64,000 nucleotides of DNA from the human T2T-CHM13v2.0 reference genome, Homo sapiens (GCF_009914755.1 NC_060925.1), one strand, 5' to 3'. Counted from the first letter of the stretch, positions 1 to 15,043 are shown. Notes: generated by a model not told the origin, from the letters alone. Made by a program: numbers and translations.

Positions 1-1113
1 GCCTCAGTGGATAGAAGTGTTGTTGCTGAGAAGCAGGTTTGGGAAGGATCAAGAGTTATTCCCCAGTGGGAATGTGAGCCCGTAAGTGGGCTGTGCCAGG
101 GGAAGTGTTTGAAGAGGTACAGGCCCTCCTCAGGAAGTGTGGCCAGACCTTGAAGGCAGAGTGGACCCTCCTCTCTGACCTCCCTGGGAGGAATGTCCCT
201 GCAGAGTCTGGGTTTCCCAGGACATGGCTTGGGAGGTGCCTCTGACCTGCCTAGAGTCTCTTTGGAAGAGGGTCAGGCTCCCACCCCAGGTAGCCTGTCC
301 TCAAGATACTCTGGAAAAGGAAGCCCTTGGGCTGGCAGAAGGAATTCCACTCCCATAGCCCGATGTCTGCCAGTGGGCTTCTAATTCTTACAACTGGGAA
401 AACACTAAATAGCAAATCTGAGGTTGGTCCATTCCTTCCCACTCCCCTTTGCTGGGCTGACCTCAGGCTAGTTACAGATCCTCTCTGGGCCTCAGATTCC
501 TCCACTGGGCCATAAGGAAGACCAAGGAGCAGTGCAGGTAGCAACATCCTTCCCCACTCCCAGAGGATGAGGAATTGTATGCCCTCAGGAAAAGCCAGGG
601 AGGGGGAGCATGCCATCTTCAGGAACCTGAGGCTGGGCGGAAAATGGCTACACTGAGGCCAGAGCAAGGATGCCTCTGGAACACCCATAGGCAAAAGGAG
701 GCAGGCCTCACCCCTCTCCCAAATCCAAAGGACTCTCAAGGCTCAGGGTATAGTCAAGGAAGCTGGAGAAGTCAGGCAGAGATGTCTGATGGGGGGAGGC
801 ACAGCCTCTCCAGCTGTCTTCCGTAGGATGTGCCTGAGAGTCAGCATGAGGGGCTGGGTCTGTGTGTGGGAGCATGTCAATGTCTGAGGCTGCAAATCTG
901 TCAGAGTGCACACGTCTCTCTGTGTGTGTCACAGTGTCTGTGTGGCTCTCACCTTATACCCCTTTTCTCCTCCCTGCTCTGTGCTGCCTTCTCCACAATT
1001 CTCTGTCTCCTAGGGTCCTTCCTGTTCCCTGCTTTTATTGGGTCTCAGACCCAGACTATGCCTCCTCCTTTATTTCTCCTCATTCCCTCTAGATCATCAG
1101 AAGGTCAAAGCTG

Positions 1114-1385
<272 letters not shown>

Positions 1386-4300
1386 TCAGTGAAAATGGAA
1401 ATTGAGAGATAGGAGAAAACTGGCTCAGGGTTACACAGCAGGTCAGTGGGAGGGCCCAGATGAGCACTCAGGCTGAATCCGTGCTACCTGCCTGGGCCAC
1501 CGTCTCCAAATCATGGCTACTCTTGTTCAGCACAGACCTTCTCCACCCACATCTGCCCTCTGGGAAAATCAGAGCTCTGATCTCCCTTTTGGCCGCAGTG
1601 GAACCATCTGGGGCCACAATCTCTGACACCCAGGAGATAGCCACCCTAGGGGTGTCCACCAGCACCTCTGAGACAGCAAGTCTACAGCCAGACTCGCTCC
1701 CAACCAGAGATGGTCAGACTGTCTCTGTTGCCCCTTCCTTCTCTCCCTCATCCCCGGGGTGTGGGGAACACAATCTTAGTTACCTTCATTTTTTCCCTTC
1801 CCTTTGCCCTAGGTCTAACTTGCCATCAAGTCCTGTTGTCTCTTATTTTGAAATGCTCTTGGTACCTTCATTATGTCCATAGCCAGGGACACAGCCGAGG
1901 GGGCTGAAATCAAGCTATGCTCATGCCCATGGGGCTTCCCTGCCTGGCAGGAAGTGCCTTTCTTTTGATTCCTCTGTTAGGAGGGAATGGCTTTTTCCCC
2001 CCGAAAGTTACAATATAGACTAGAAGTAGCCATGCCCATGGGCCCCCTGAAACTCTAGAATCCTCTAGAATCTGGTCTCAAAGTGCCCACCTATCTCGCC
2101 TCAGCTCTCATTGCTCACTCACCACCGCATACTCCTCTCAAGCCAGCCTTCTCACAGCCAGACACGCCTCACCTCTTTGCTAAGCTATTTTCCTCTCCCC
2201 TAATATCCTTTCTTCTCTCCTGGACTATAATCAGTCTTCAGGGCCTGGTTGAAGCCTGCTTCCTTATGATCAGCCTTTTCCAGTCTGGACAGTGGAGAGT
2301 CAGCAGCCCAAGCTCAGCACTTTGGGCATGAGTCAGTCCCCCACAGGCGTGTAGACTTCATAGCCCTCTGACCCTCACCTGGTGCTGTAGAATTCCAGGA
2401 TGCAGTCTGATTTGAGACAGGTCTTTGCATTAAACCCCTGCCTGAGTCAGAAAAAAAATCCTCCAGACCTTTTTGCTCAATGGCAAGGAGTTGATCCCCT
2501 CCAATATGCCCCAGTCCACTTTTGAGCAGGTTGAAGCGTGAGAAAAGTTTATTTTTCCCATGGGGAAAATAAAAGTGCTTTTCCCTATGCACTCACTTCT
2601 CCCAGTGAGTGCTTAGTCCTCACTGAGTCTGGGACCCATGAGAGCAGGGGTTTTTTCTCTCTTATAGCTCCCCTACCCTGGTTCCCACCCTGCCTTCTGT
2701 GCCTGCACAGAACTGCCCTGTGGAGACGCAGTGGCAATGCCTAGGACACAGTGATGTTCAATGAATGTCTCTTGGTGGATTACGTAAGAGGAGCAGAACC
2801 CCCTTCTTCCTCCCTGGATCTATGTCAGGCTGTTTTGTTTATCTGTGTTCTCCTGCTATCACACCCACTTCAGAGACAATGGAACCCAGACCTAGGGGAA
2901 GGAAGGGTTCACCCCAGGTCAGCTATAGCCCATCAGCAGCAAAGTGAAGGCCAGAACCCAGCTGGGGACATGCTCTGCTGGAGCTGTGGCCCTGCTGAAC
3001 ATGGGCAGGCTCCTCTGCTTACCTCTTGAGGGCTGTCCTCCAGCTATGAAGGAGCTGGGACTGTCCCATACACAAAACCATTGTCCCAGTGTGCCCAGAG
3101 GTTTCTTCAAGAGGGCTAAGGGCTGTGGGCTTTGAATGGAGAGGTGGCTGAGGCTTTGAATGGGAGGGACTGAAGGAGGCAATAATCCCACACCCTCACC
3201 CAGCTTCAGAGGAGCTGGTGCTGAGGTGGTTGCCATGGTGACAATAGCTCCCTGGTCAGGAGATTTTCTCTCTTTCCTCTCCTCCCTTTGCTCTTCCCCA
3301 AGCAGCAGCAATAGCAGCAGCAACCAGGTCTTTTCCCTCTTCTTCTTAATGAGAAGCAGGGGATGACAAACAAAGAGTAATCCCAGCTGGCCACCTACAA
3401 TTTGGAGCTGTCCATGTCAGGATGGGCTGGTGGTCTAGGAGGGACTCCTAATAGAAGGGGCCTAGAGAATGTGTGGGAGGAGGTAGCCTGTACCTAGGCT
3501 GGTTAAGAAGGAATGTGTCTTCAGTGAGTTCTAAACCAACCCCGCCCCCCTCAGGTCTCCTCTCTTTAATGTCCTCTTGGTTCAGGATCCTGTTTTTCCA
3601 TAATCAGCCATAGAACCAGAGTGTCTCAGTGCCAGAAGGCTGTTCAAGTTCATCTCACCCAGTCTACCCTCTCTGTTATACCTCTCCCCATTTTCATGAA
3701 GGATCAGAGAGGGGAGTGACTTGGCCAAAGTCAAACTTTGGCTGTACAAGATTTGAACCCAGCTCATCTGCCCTCCAGGTATAGTTCACTTTAGGGCCAA
3801 GAGCAATACAGCCCACATGGCACTTTGGCAAGGTCCCCACGGAGCAGCAGGAAGGTGGGAGAGAGGGAGCAAATAGTCATACAAATTAGAAAGACATTTG
3901 ACAGGCAGAATGAGAGGATTTGGTGCCTGGCTGTGAGGGGGGAGGGAGGAGGTATGGAGGTTGGGGCCTTGGCAGCAACTGGACTGACGGTATGGGTGGT
4001 CTGCTGGGGGTGGTGTCTTTGGTTCATCCTCCCGCCAGGATGAGAGATGCCAAATATGGGGCCTCTGCCTAGCACTGGGGGCCACTGGGGAGGGCTGTCG
4101 AGACTGTGAGGAGAAAAACTGGGGAAGGGGGATTGTCCCCCCCTCAGGTATGCTGTGGGCTCTGTCAGCTTGAGGGGTGGGATGTGGGGACAGTGTCTGG
4201 GGACAACGAGGAGGGAGCGCTCTGTGGAGGGGGAGGCTGTCTTTGGGGGCAGGGGCTCCCTGATGAGAAGTGGCTAGGGGCTATCCATGGAGGTGGGAGT

Positions 4301-4559
4301 TTGCCATGGTGCTGGGCAGACAACCCATATCCAAACAGGAGGGAGGGTGACCAGCGCCTCCAGCTAGCACCAGCGCCACCACACCCCCAGATGTGTGTGT
4401 GTGCATCTGTGTGTGTATGTGTGTTTGCGCGCGTGTATGTTGGGGGCCATAGCAATGGTTGTTCTCACCTGAGCTGGGGATAAGTAGGCGGCTCTGCCCC
4501 CTTCTCTGCGCCCATGGGCCTGGACTGAGGTGGGGGGTCTCCTGCCCAGGGGTGGGCTC

Positions 4560-6300
4560 TTCAGTTGCTGCCGCCTAAGGCGGAACCACGGGTCAGGGAG
4601 GTGAATCAGGGCAGGACATGAGGATGGGAAGGGAGAGTGGAGGGGGAGGGGGCCAGGGCCTCCGCCCGGTGGGTTTGTTGCCTTGAGGACCCGGTCCCAC
4701 TCGCATTACCTGAGGCCGGTCGCCGGGTCGCTGGATGGCTCCGAGCCTCGGCGGGCCGCGGGAACCGAGGCTGGCTCGCGGGCCGGCAGCTGTGCTCTCC
4801 AAGGTCTGCGCCGGAGCCGCCTTCCAGCTCTTGTATCACTATGTGCCTCCCGAAGGCGACACTATTTGCATAAGTCCCGCCCCATCCCGGGCAGGTTGCA
4901 CGGCTATTGGCTCCTCTGGAGCGGAGTGGCAGGCGGGGTTTCAGGTGGGGACCGGGTGGCCGGCGAGGCCCGGCCGCAGGAGCGCGCCCCGACTGCCCGC
5001 GCTGACCTTCCCGGAGTCGCCGGGAAGCGGGAGGGCTGCACCCCCATCTGCACCCCTGCCCTGAGGCTCAGCCCCCGGCTTACAAGTCTGGGGTGGAAAG
5101 GGTCGACGATGAAAGTGGATTCTCAAAAACAACCTCACCGTTGCTATGGAAACGGGAGAACCACAGCCGAATCTCTAAGCTTCCTTTCCTGGGCCCCAGC
5201 ATGGGTGGGGGCGGAAGAGGGGATGAGTCACAAGATGAGACCCCCCCCCCCACACCCATATCCCACCCGAAATTGGGAGGGGCCAAAGAGGAGCTGGGGA
5301 GGAGCTGGGTGGGAGAGGGAGGAGGTGGCTGGTCAGCAGTCCACATCTCTGCGTCCCCCCTCCCCACGCATCCACTCCCCTCACGCCGTGGGGCAGAGAG
5401 GAGGGTGCTGGTTGCGCGCGGAGAGCGCGGTATGGGTGGCGAAGTCCCAGCCTCTACCTAGCCCCGCGCTAGTCGTGGGTTCCCTCCAGCCACCCCTCTG
5501 GCCCTTCATTCCGGTCCCTCCCCAGACGGGCCCTCCTCCTTTCTCATGGACCCCCAAGAGGCCTCTCGCGTTCTCCCCCGAAGGACCCCTATGCCTAGCC
5601 ATGGATCCTCCATTCCCCACCCTCCCGTTTTCCCGTCCCGCAGACGGAGCCGGTCCCCAGCCGCCGCCAGTCTCCGGCCTCGGATGTTGACACAAACCCG
5701 AGGCGGTTTACACTGAGCGGGTCTGGAAGCTTTCAGGGCCCCGGCAACACCTCCTCCCCGCACTTGGGGGTCTCCCCACAGCCCGGGCCGGCCGCCTGGG
5801 CTGCACTGGCGTCTGAGAGCTCCTGACACAAGGCTGTGGGAAGGAACCCTTTTAAGCCAAACTGGGGGCAAAAGGGGAGCCAGACATCCCCGGGCTGGGC
5901 CACGTGCGGGGCAGGGACTTCTAAGGATCTGTCGAAAGTCGGGGCGGACGGCTGGGGATTGGCCTAATCGGAGCGCGGACGCTGAAGAGCAGCGGTGAGA
6001 GGCGGGGCTTCTGTCCGCGCGGCGAAGGTAGAGGTGGGCTGGGCGGGGCGATGGAGGATGGGGTCAGACCTGCCGCGAGTGGGGGCGAGGCTTCTGGAGC
6101 TGGTCCCAGAAATGCCTGGGCCAGGCTCGCTGGGGGAGGAACCCGTGGACGTCCCTTTTCTTTAGGACCTGTCCCGTTGCCCCTTGAAACGGTTTTGCTC
6201 TACCATTTTCGAGGCTGCGGACTATGCCTTCTCTCTGCGGCCTTAGCAGGGGGCTGAGGGCTCCAAGGAACCTGCAGCTGTAGGAGAAGGCGCGTCCTTG
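4560..6300. promoter_or_regulatory. CpG island / promoter of the left-hand gene (probably HPCAL4)
   Basis: CpG-rich; octamer ATTTGCAT 4864-4871, GC box ~4876, ATTGG (CCAAT) ~4906 and ~5958, RFX X-box GTTGCTATGGAAAC 5140-5153, E-box CACGTG 5901-5906, further GC boxes at ~5941, ~6000 and ~6041. Confidence 0.85.
4710..4850 (-). other. HPCAL4: Probable non-coding exon 1 of HPCAL4; 1-4709 would be intron 1; 5' end approximate
   Basis: Minus-strand donor CAG|GTAATG at 4710/4709, just downstream of the octamer/GC/CCAAT cluster. The gene name rests on remembered gene order (HPCAL4 divergent and ~47 kb upstream of PPIE). No HPCAL4 coding sequence is in the window. Confidence 0.6.
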
Positions 6301-6744
6301 GCACTATGGGTTGGTGACTCATGAAAGACAGGTGTTTGAAGCTCTAACTCTTTCACTTCTCTGATACCTTCTCAGCTCTGGGTCTTGGGGACCCAGAGAT
6401 GAGCGAGAACCCCCCTTGCTCACAGTTAACCATAATCCAAGGCGTGAAGAAGTGGGGAGAGGCAGCACAGGTTACTAGAAGTGGTATCTGAAACCCTAAC
6501 ATTGACTGACCCAAGTTCATATTGCTAACATTGAGTCTCATTTTTGCCAATGATTCCATTTACGACCGTGGGCAAAACCCTTCTCATTCTGGGCCTCCCA
6601 GTCTGTGAAATGTGGGAGCTGGCTCAAGAGGTCCAGAGGAGCAGGGGGAAATTTTCAACCAGGTGGGTGAAGAAAGACTGTCCCTTGGACAGAAGTATGT
6701 GGACATGAATCTGACTGCTCCACTTAAGAGTCCTGAGCCCCTTA

Positions 6745-7040
6745 ACAATAGCTAATGTGTATCGAGAGCTTACTTTGTGTCAGGTGCTATTCTAGCATAT
6801 TATATGTTACCATATAATATAAATTGGGAATAAGTTACTCAATTTATTCCCCATAAGAGCTCTGTGAGGCAGGTTCTATTATTACTCCTACTTAACAGAT
6901 GAGGAAATCGAGGCACAGAGCGGTTAAGTGACTGACCCAAGTTCACATTGCTAGTAAAGAGAGCTCCAGTGCTGGGATTTGAACCCCAGCAGTCTAGCCT
7001 CAGAGCCCACACTCCTAATCAGTACACAATACTGCCTCTT
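6745..7040 (-). mobile_element. MIR
   Basis: Core ACAGATGAGGAAATCGAGGCACAGAG...GGATTTGAACCC. Confidence 0.8.
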
Positions 7041-7219
7041 CTTATGGTCCTTCAAGTCCTTAAGGGTAAGGACCTTAGATTGGAATATTTGTTTCTGATT
7101 CCCCAAGGTATTAGAAAGGCAAAATCCAGCCTCCTGGGCAGCCCTTCTGTCTCAGGTGAACAAGATATGGGATTCCAGCAGTACAGTAAACTAGAAGTAG
7201 TGAAAACAAGAAGCCCTCC

Positions 7220-7579
<360 letters not shown>

Positions 7580-8807
7580 CTACCCATGCAGCCTCACCCA
7601 TGAATCATCTTGGGGCCATGTGACTATTCCTGAACTGCCAGTCATAACCCAGCTTCACCTGTTCATCATACTCAACTTTGAGGCCCTGATATTGGACCCT
7701 GCCTCTGTTCCCTTCAGTTTGATGTTTAAAGCAATAACAGCTGACATTGACTGAATTGCCTCACTGTGTACCAGACTATCTGCCAAGTCCTTTATCTGCA
7801 TCATCTTACTTAATCCAGAAGATGACCACTACTAGGGATGATATTAAAAATATCTAACACTCCATTCAGGCATGAGCGTTATCAATCAGAATGGATACTG
7901 GCCTTAGTGCTAGATCAAGGTCTTAGTAGCTCTCTGTTCTGCCAAGAGTTAACACTTAGGTTATTGGATCAGTCAGGCAGGCAGGGAGAAGCAAGCATAG
8001 TAAGGAGTCAAAGGCTATGGCTGTTTACCAATCAATTTGGAAGTACTTTTATGTTTTAATAACCAGTTTAGCTGTACAGTGCATAGGGACTGAATTTCAG
8101 CCCTTGTTTCATTACTTTATTTCATGGCACAGGATGGAGCCTCAGAAAGGTTAGACAACTTGTCCATTGTAACACAGCTCGTTAGTCAAAGAGCTGGGAT
8201 TCCCACCTAGGTCTGACTTCAGAGCCCACACTCTTAACCACTGGCTGACTTGTGTTCCTGAGAAGGGGTAGCATCCAGAATTGAGTTGGGATTTCCACTA
8301 TTATGAGCCAGAGGAATATGGCTTAAGTTTTGGGGCTTTGTCATGGCCTTACTGTTCTCAGGCTTGGAGTCTTGGCAAACACCTGTTCCACGTTGTTGAA
8401 GGAGCAGGCTCTGCAGAATGAGGAGGCAAAATCAAGCTGCACTGAAGGACAGGGTGGCTGTACAGGAGGCCCCACAAAGGGGCATGGAGGGGAGTGAGCC
8501 CAGCAGGGTTTGGGTGAGGACAGAGGTCTGCAGACAGTGGCCACTTCAATTTGTTTCATCTAAGTGCTAGCATTCCTCTCCTCCTTGGTCCTGAACAGTG
8601 CCTTTATGATGGATAGTGCCTTCCTGATTCCCTGGGTTTTCTCTGCCTTGGCTAGTGCAGCCTCCTGACAGCTGGAATTCCCCTAGGTCTTAGATAGTTC
8701 ACCATCTTCTTTGTGGCTGGGAGAGAGTGAGATCACCAGAGTTGGGTTCCTTCCTTTTATGCTATTGGCTAAGCACGATTTTTTTTAAGAAGTCTCTCTA
8801 TTATTTG

Positions 8808-8892
8808 GAAGAAGGAGAAGGAAAAGAAGAAGGAGAAGAGAAGAGAAAGAAAAGAAGGAAGAAAGAAGAAAGAAGAAAGAAGAAAGAAGACA
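8808..8892 (+). repeat. Polypurine (GAA/GGA-rich) tract
   Basis: About 85 nt of almost pure A/G. Confidence 0.9.
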
Positions 8893-9130
8893 ACAACTAC
8901 AGAGAGAGTGGAAGTTCCCTATAACTCCTTGCATGATAACTGCAGGGGACCTTGTGGTTTTGCCTGTCCTGAATCTATTCCCTCTTATTCTATTGGAGAA
9001 GCCATATGTATAATGGGTTAAGTGCACAGACTTACAGCCAGGTTGCCTAGGTTTGCATCCCACAGTTGTCACTTACCAGCTGTGTGACTACAGGCACATT
9101 ACTTTATCTCTCTGTGTCTCTGTCTCTTTA

Positions 9131-9801
<671 letters not shown>

Positions 9802-10239
9802 TTATTTTATAGGGCTACTCTGAGGATTAAAATGAGTTAATATATGCAAAGTGCTTAGCACAGATTTTACTTTGAGGAATTACAGTGTATAGTAATAGCA
9901 CCCTATTATGTACAGTTGTGGTGGAAACTATCAGCTCAGGTGTCTTGCTTTCTCTCTCTCTCTCTCCCCTTCTCTCTCTCTCTCTCTCTCCCCCAAGCAA
10001 ATCTGAATCTTGAGTAAAGTGACTCAAGGATGTAGATAGTTAGCACTGCTTTATTCCAGAGCAGTGCCCTAATGACCCTGTCTATTCATTCCTGCTATCT
10101 GAATCCCGTCTTCTGCTTTTCCTTTGAGTCAGTAAGCCATCCCACATCTCTTCCCCAGATTTATGTTTTAAACTTAGGTTATCTAGAGGTGATTTATGTT
10201 TGCTTTCAGGGAACATATATTAATTTGATATATTTCTTT

Positions 10240-12545
10240 GTCAGTTATGACTTGTTGCAAGGTACAGAAAATCCACCCTATGATGGGTTAGGCAAAAAGA
10301 GAATGTAATGGCTTAAGTAAAGAAAAAAAAAACAGAAATAGATTGGACTTTAGGGCTGGCTGGATTCTAGGGCTTAAACAACGTAATTAATACCTGACCT
10401 CTTTCCAAGGCTCAGCTCTGCTCTCTTGAGTGTTGGCTTAATTCTCGAGATCCACATAAAGACAAGATATCTGTGGGCATCTCCAGGCCAACATACTGTC
10501 AGGTTGGAGTCCCACAGAAAAGAAGAGAGCTTCTCTTTCCCACTGCAGCCAAAGTCCTGGGCTGGCTCTCATTGGCCTGATTTGGAGTCCATGCTAATTT
10601 CAGGGTCAATCGCTGAAGACAGGGGTATGCAGTACTCAGATTGGCCAGGCTTGAGTCATTTTCCTACACCCAGAACTGGGAAGTCAAGTCAAGTCCTCCC
10701 AAAGCATATGCCCCTGCCACCACACTAGGGAAGGAAGGTGTTCCTTCCAAGAAAGGGGTGAATAGATGCTTGGTGGAGAAAAACAATAGAGGTGCCTAGA
10801 GTTTATAAGAACACATACAAGCTGTACTATCAAGCAAGTGGCACTCAAAGGGATAATTAAAGAAAGGTCAATAAGGGAATTATGTACATAGGTACGGTAC
10901 AGTATGGTTGAGAGAAATCAATGAGGTATTGCCAAGCACCGTGCAGCTAGCAACAGTGGAGATCCAGTACCACCCCCAGGCCTCAATGGGTGAGGGGAGG
11001 GGGCAGAGCTGTTTATTATAGGAGATAGCTTTTTAGAGAGAGCTGTGGCTTTTGGCAGAGTAACACAGCCCTTGCCAACACATGGCCTGGTATAGAGAGA
11101 TTGAGGGTGGGTGGAAAAAATACCTTGACCTCCTTCAGTTCCCTTGTGCTGCTCTCCTACTATGTCTCCCATTGGCCAAACCCAACAGGAAGGCAGGGGG
11201 CAAAGAAGCCTAGTTAGTGCAGTAGTGCAGTTCATATGCAGGCTCCTGGGGCACAGAGCAGGGTAGATTAGGGTAGAGAGAGGCAGCAAGCAGAAAACGA
11301 GATATATATATAGATATCTCTATATATCTATATATATATATATATCTCCAAGTACATAGGCTTTCAAGTCAGACAGATCTTGGACAAATTCTGTCTGCAT
11401 TTCAGTTACCTAGTCTGTAAAGGGGAATAATAATGGGAACTACTTGTGTGAGGACTCATGAGGATAAAGTGCTTAGCAGAGTTCCATGGCACGAGTAAGA
11501 ATGATACACAGATGAACATATAAATCATGGTTGTTACTGTGCTATATTAGTTGGGACAAAGACTAAGCTGCTATAACAAATAGATCCAAACATACAATGA
11601 CTCAAATGCAATAGAATTTTATTTTTTGTTTATATACAGTCTAGGGTCAGTGTCAGGTTGATGGGTGGTTCTCTTCTTTGTGGGGATTTGGGGATTAGGC
11701 TCCTTCTACCCTGAGATGCTACCATCCCTTAGGGCCTCCAGCCAGCGAAAAGGGAAAGACAGAGTGGAGGAGGCACATCTGCTTCTGAAGGCTTTGCTCT
11801 AGAAGTGGCACACGTCACTTCTTACGTTCCAGGGAAAACAAAAACCATTCTATTAGATTGGAGAGGGAATTTATAATAAGAGATTTGATACAAAAGTGTT
11901 AGAAGGGCTGGAGGAGCAAAATGCAGATGGCGAGGTTGCCCTGAGATTTCTAATTGCAGGAAGCCACTAAAAGTGTTACAAGGACTGGAGGAGCAAAATG
12001 CAGATGGTGAGGTTGCCTAGATTTCTAATTGCGGGGAGCGGGGGGCAAAAGGGAAAATGATGCTCTGCAGAGCCTTTGTTCATTGCACTGCTGCTAACTC
12101 CATTGGAGCACCTGCAGCCACCGCCACCGGAACCACCACCACTACTGCCCTGCAAGAAGCCAGGAGCTCACACTCTCACTGATGCTGCAGTGCTGAAGTC
12201 TGAAGTCACCTGCTGCTGTGGCTGTCATTGCCAGAGCTAGGGGTCATAAGAGCCATGCTGCCAAGGCAGCTGGGGTGCCTGCCACCACTGCCACTGGAAG
12301 AGGGCTAGGAGTCTGCCCATTGTTTTTGCTGCTGCTCCTTCCACTGTTGGAGAAAGAAAAACAGGCTTCTCCCTTCTTCTTTCCAAACTCCCATAAGAGC
12401 CACATGCTGGCAGAACCTAATGGGAAGTCAGTTGATAAAGGAATCTGAGAAATGTAGTTTGCAGGCTTCTAGCCCCTTGCTATACAGAGGGAAGCATAGT
12501 AGGATGAGAATAGTGTTGACAGCAAACAGACAAGTGACTGGTACT
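10240..12545. mobile_element. Cluster of old ERVL-MaLR/ERVL LTR fragments (MLT1J/MLT1I/LTR16/LTR33-like) and a MIR
   Basis: Motifs such as GATTGGCCAGGCTTGAGTCA, CTAAGCTGCTATAACAAA and GGAATCTGAGAAATGTAGTTTGCAG; subfamilies from memory. Confidence 0.6.
11892..12039 (+). repeat. Tandem duplication with a ~77-bp period (2 copies)
   Basis: AAAAGTGTTA.AAGG.CTGGAGGAGCAAAATGCAGATGG.GAGGTTGCC...ATTTCTAATTGC at 11892 and 11969. Confidence 0.9.
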
Positions 12546-13024
12546 GTAAATTCAGATTGCTGAAGACTGTAGTTTCAGCCACCTTCTTGCAGCGTTTGTG
12601 GAGAGATGCTCAACTTCAGAACTAGCCCAACAATCTCTCTACACCACCCTAGATTTCTATAGAGGGCTGAGACAGGGGTGCTATGATTGTAAAGGGAGAC
12701 AGACTGTAGTGTCCTCTCATTTCTTGTGGGTGTATTCAAATGGTTCCCTTCCCCAAATCTCTGGGAGGGGGACTCCTAAGAATTAGCTCATTAAGTTTTG
12801 GGGTATCATCAGGAAAGGAAGTCTTTTTCAGGTTGTATCTCAGCTGACCCACACAATGCATCAGTCTGCCTCTGTACTGCAATGGCAAGGGTGGGATGAG
12901 GTGGGAAGAAGCACTGAAGAGAGAAGGTGTGGTGGAAATGCCAGTTGGAGCGGGTAAGGACTGGGCCCTTAAGTGGTCAGTTCCTGAGATTTATGGAAGG
13001 TAGATCCTATAACCTGGTGGTGAC

Positions 13025-13520
<496 letters not shown>

Positions 13521-14391
13521 TAGATCCTGAAACTGGGGGTGAAGAGGCCAGACGAAATTGGGAGCTGAATGTTTTTTAAAACTCCTGCAGAGAAACATGG
13601 CATACTGCCCGCTAGAGATCTACAGAAAAATGTAGTTATGTTTCAAGGGACCATCAATACCTAAAAGAATGGCTTAGGATTGAGTATCTCACCAGCAGGG
13701 CCTATAGAAACCTCACTGCCAGCTGAGTGTATAGACAGTGAATTGGATTCGTGACGGCAAGGCTAAAATTCAACTGCCATACCAATTGTTAAAATATTGA
13801 AACATTTCCATATCAGCTTGCAAATAGCCACTTCCCCAAGTGCTTCCTGCCACCCCAGCCACTCTGCCCCCACCCCTAGAGCACCCAGGACTTTTGAAGT
13901 ACCTAATGGAGTCCCTGCTGTCCCCTACCTCTGACCTGGCACAGCAGGGAGCTTTCAGGACCCTGCTCAGGGATTGGCAGGTGACTGTTCACCTGGGTTG
14001 GTGCCTGTGCCATTCTGGCTATTAAGTATTTAGAAAATCACCCCTGCTCTTGGGTACGAAAGCAACTGATGTGTGGTTATTCATGCAGGGGAATAGACAT
14101 TATGGCCCACAGAAAACGGCCTGCCCCAACTCACCATTGGCATTCACATGAGAAATCCTTTTCTTCCTTTCTTCCTCCTCCTAAAACCCACTGCAGAGAA
14201 GCAATCACAAGGAAGGTGGTAGGTGTGGAAATGCTCCCTCCCTGCCCACAGCCACCAGAGCTGTAAGTCTGCCCCTCGTAGAATAGGGGCTGGGAGAGAG
14301 CTTTGGGTCAAAGGTGAAATTGAAAATTTAACTAATTTGGAAGAATTTCAGTAAACTAAAAGTGATTGAACTTGTGGGCTCTGGATTAAGG

Positions 14392-14807
14392 TGTTAGGTT
14401 TTTTAAAGGGAAGGCAAGGGTTAAAGAAAGACATACAGAGAGAGAGGGCAGCTCTACAGCAACACAGGTATATTGCAAAAACCTGTGGAGGTAGGGGGAT
14501 CAGCTTAATGCCAGAGCCCACCGCTGCTTACAGGCTGGGGTAATTATAAGCATGTGGGGGAGGGGTCTGGGCAGTATGGCTTGCTGCCCAGGAAGATGTT
14601 GATTACGTGTTCCCATGCTGAGGCGGTTTTGGCCCTTGTTCTGGCGGAATGTGGTGTTCCTTGCACTTTCTCCCAGCAGAATATGATAAGAGGCAGGCTG
14701 TTTCTCACAGTCCGTACCCCATGGAATGTTTCACTTCGACCAAGGTCTGCGAGATGGCGGGGGAGGGGGCAGCGGGGGCTTACAAAATGGTGCGGTTTGG
14801 ACTAACA
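14392..14807 (-). mobile_element. ERV1 solo LTR, MER48/LTR21-like
   Basis: TG...CA ends; minus strand begins TGTTAGTCCAAACCGCACCATTTTGTAAG; related to the LTR at 50977-51472. Confidence 0.75.
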
Positions 14808-14979
14808 GTGGAGAGGGGTGGGAGAGCGACAAGAATCGGCACTCTTGATCCAGGTGCTGGCTTCCTTACTGATCTCCTTCTGTCTGCCATCGCCAGTCCC
14901 TGGCACAGAGCCCCCTCCTTCATCCTGGCCCTGAGATGCTCAGCCACTCAGACCAGTGCTTGCCCCATTGTTTGGCCAC

Positions 14980-14982
<3 letters not shown>

Positions 14983-15041
<59 letters not shown>
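14983..15041 (+). repeat. (CA)~29 microsatellite
   Basis: Perfect dinucleotide run. Confidence 0.99.

Positions 15042-15043
<2 letters not shown>

Noticed and set aside
3210-3420. REST/RE1 element near the neuronal gene
   Set aside because: Only separated half-sites (GGTGCTGA at ~3217, GGAGCTGTCC at ~3404; another half-site at ~4791); no full 21-bp site.
4683-5690. 335-aa + strand ORF and overlapping ORFs in the CpG island
   Set aside because: Non-ATG start, Pro/Arg/Gly-rich with no recognisable domain; long ORFs are expected from stop-codon scarcity in GC-rich DNA.
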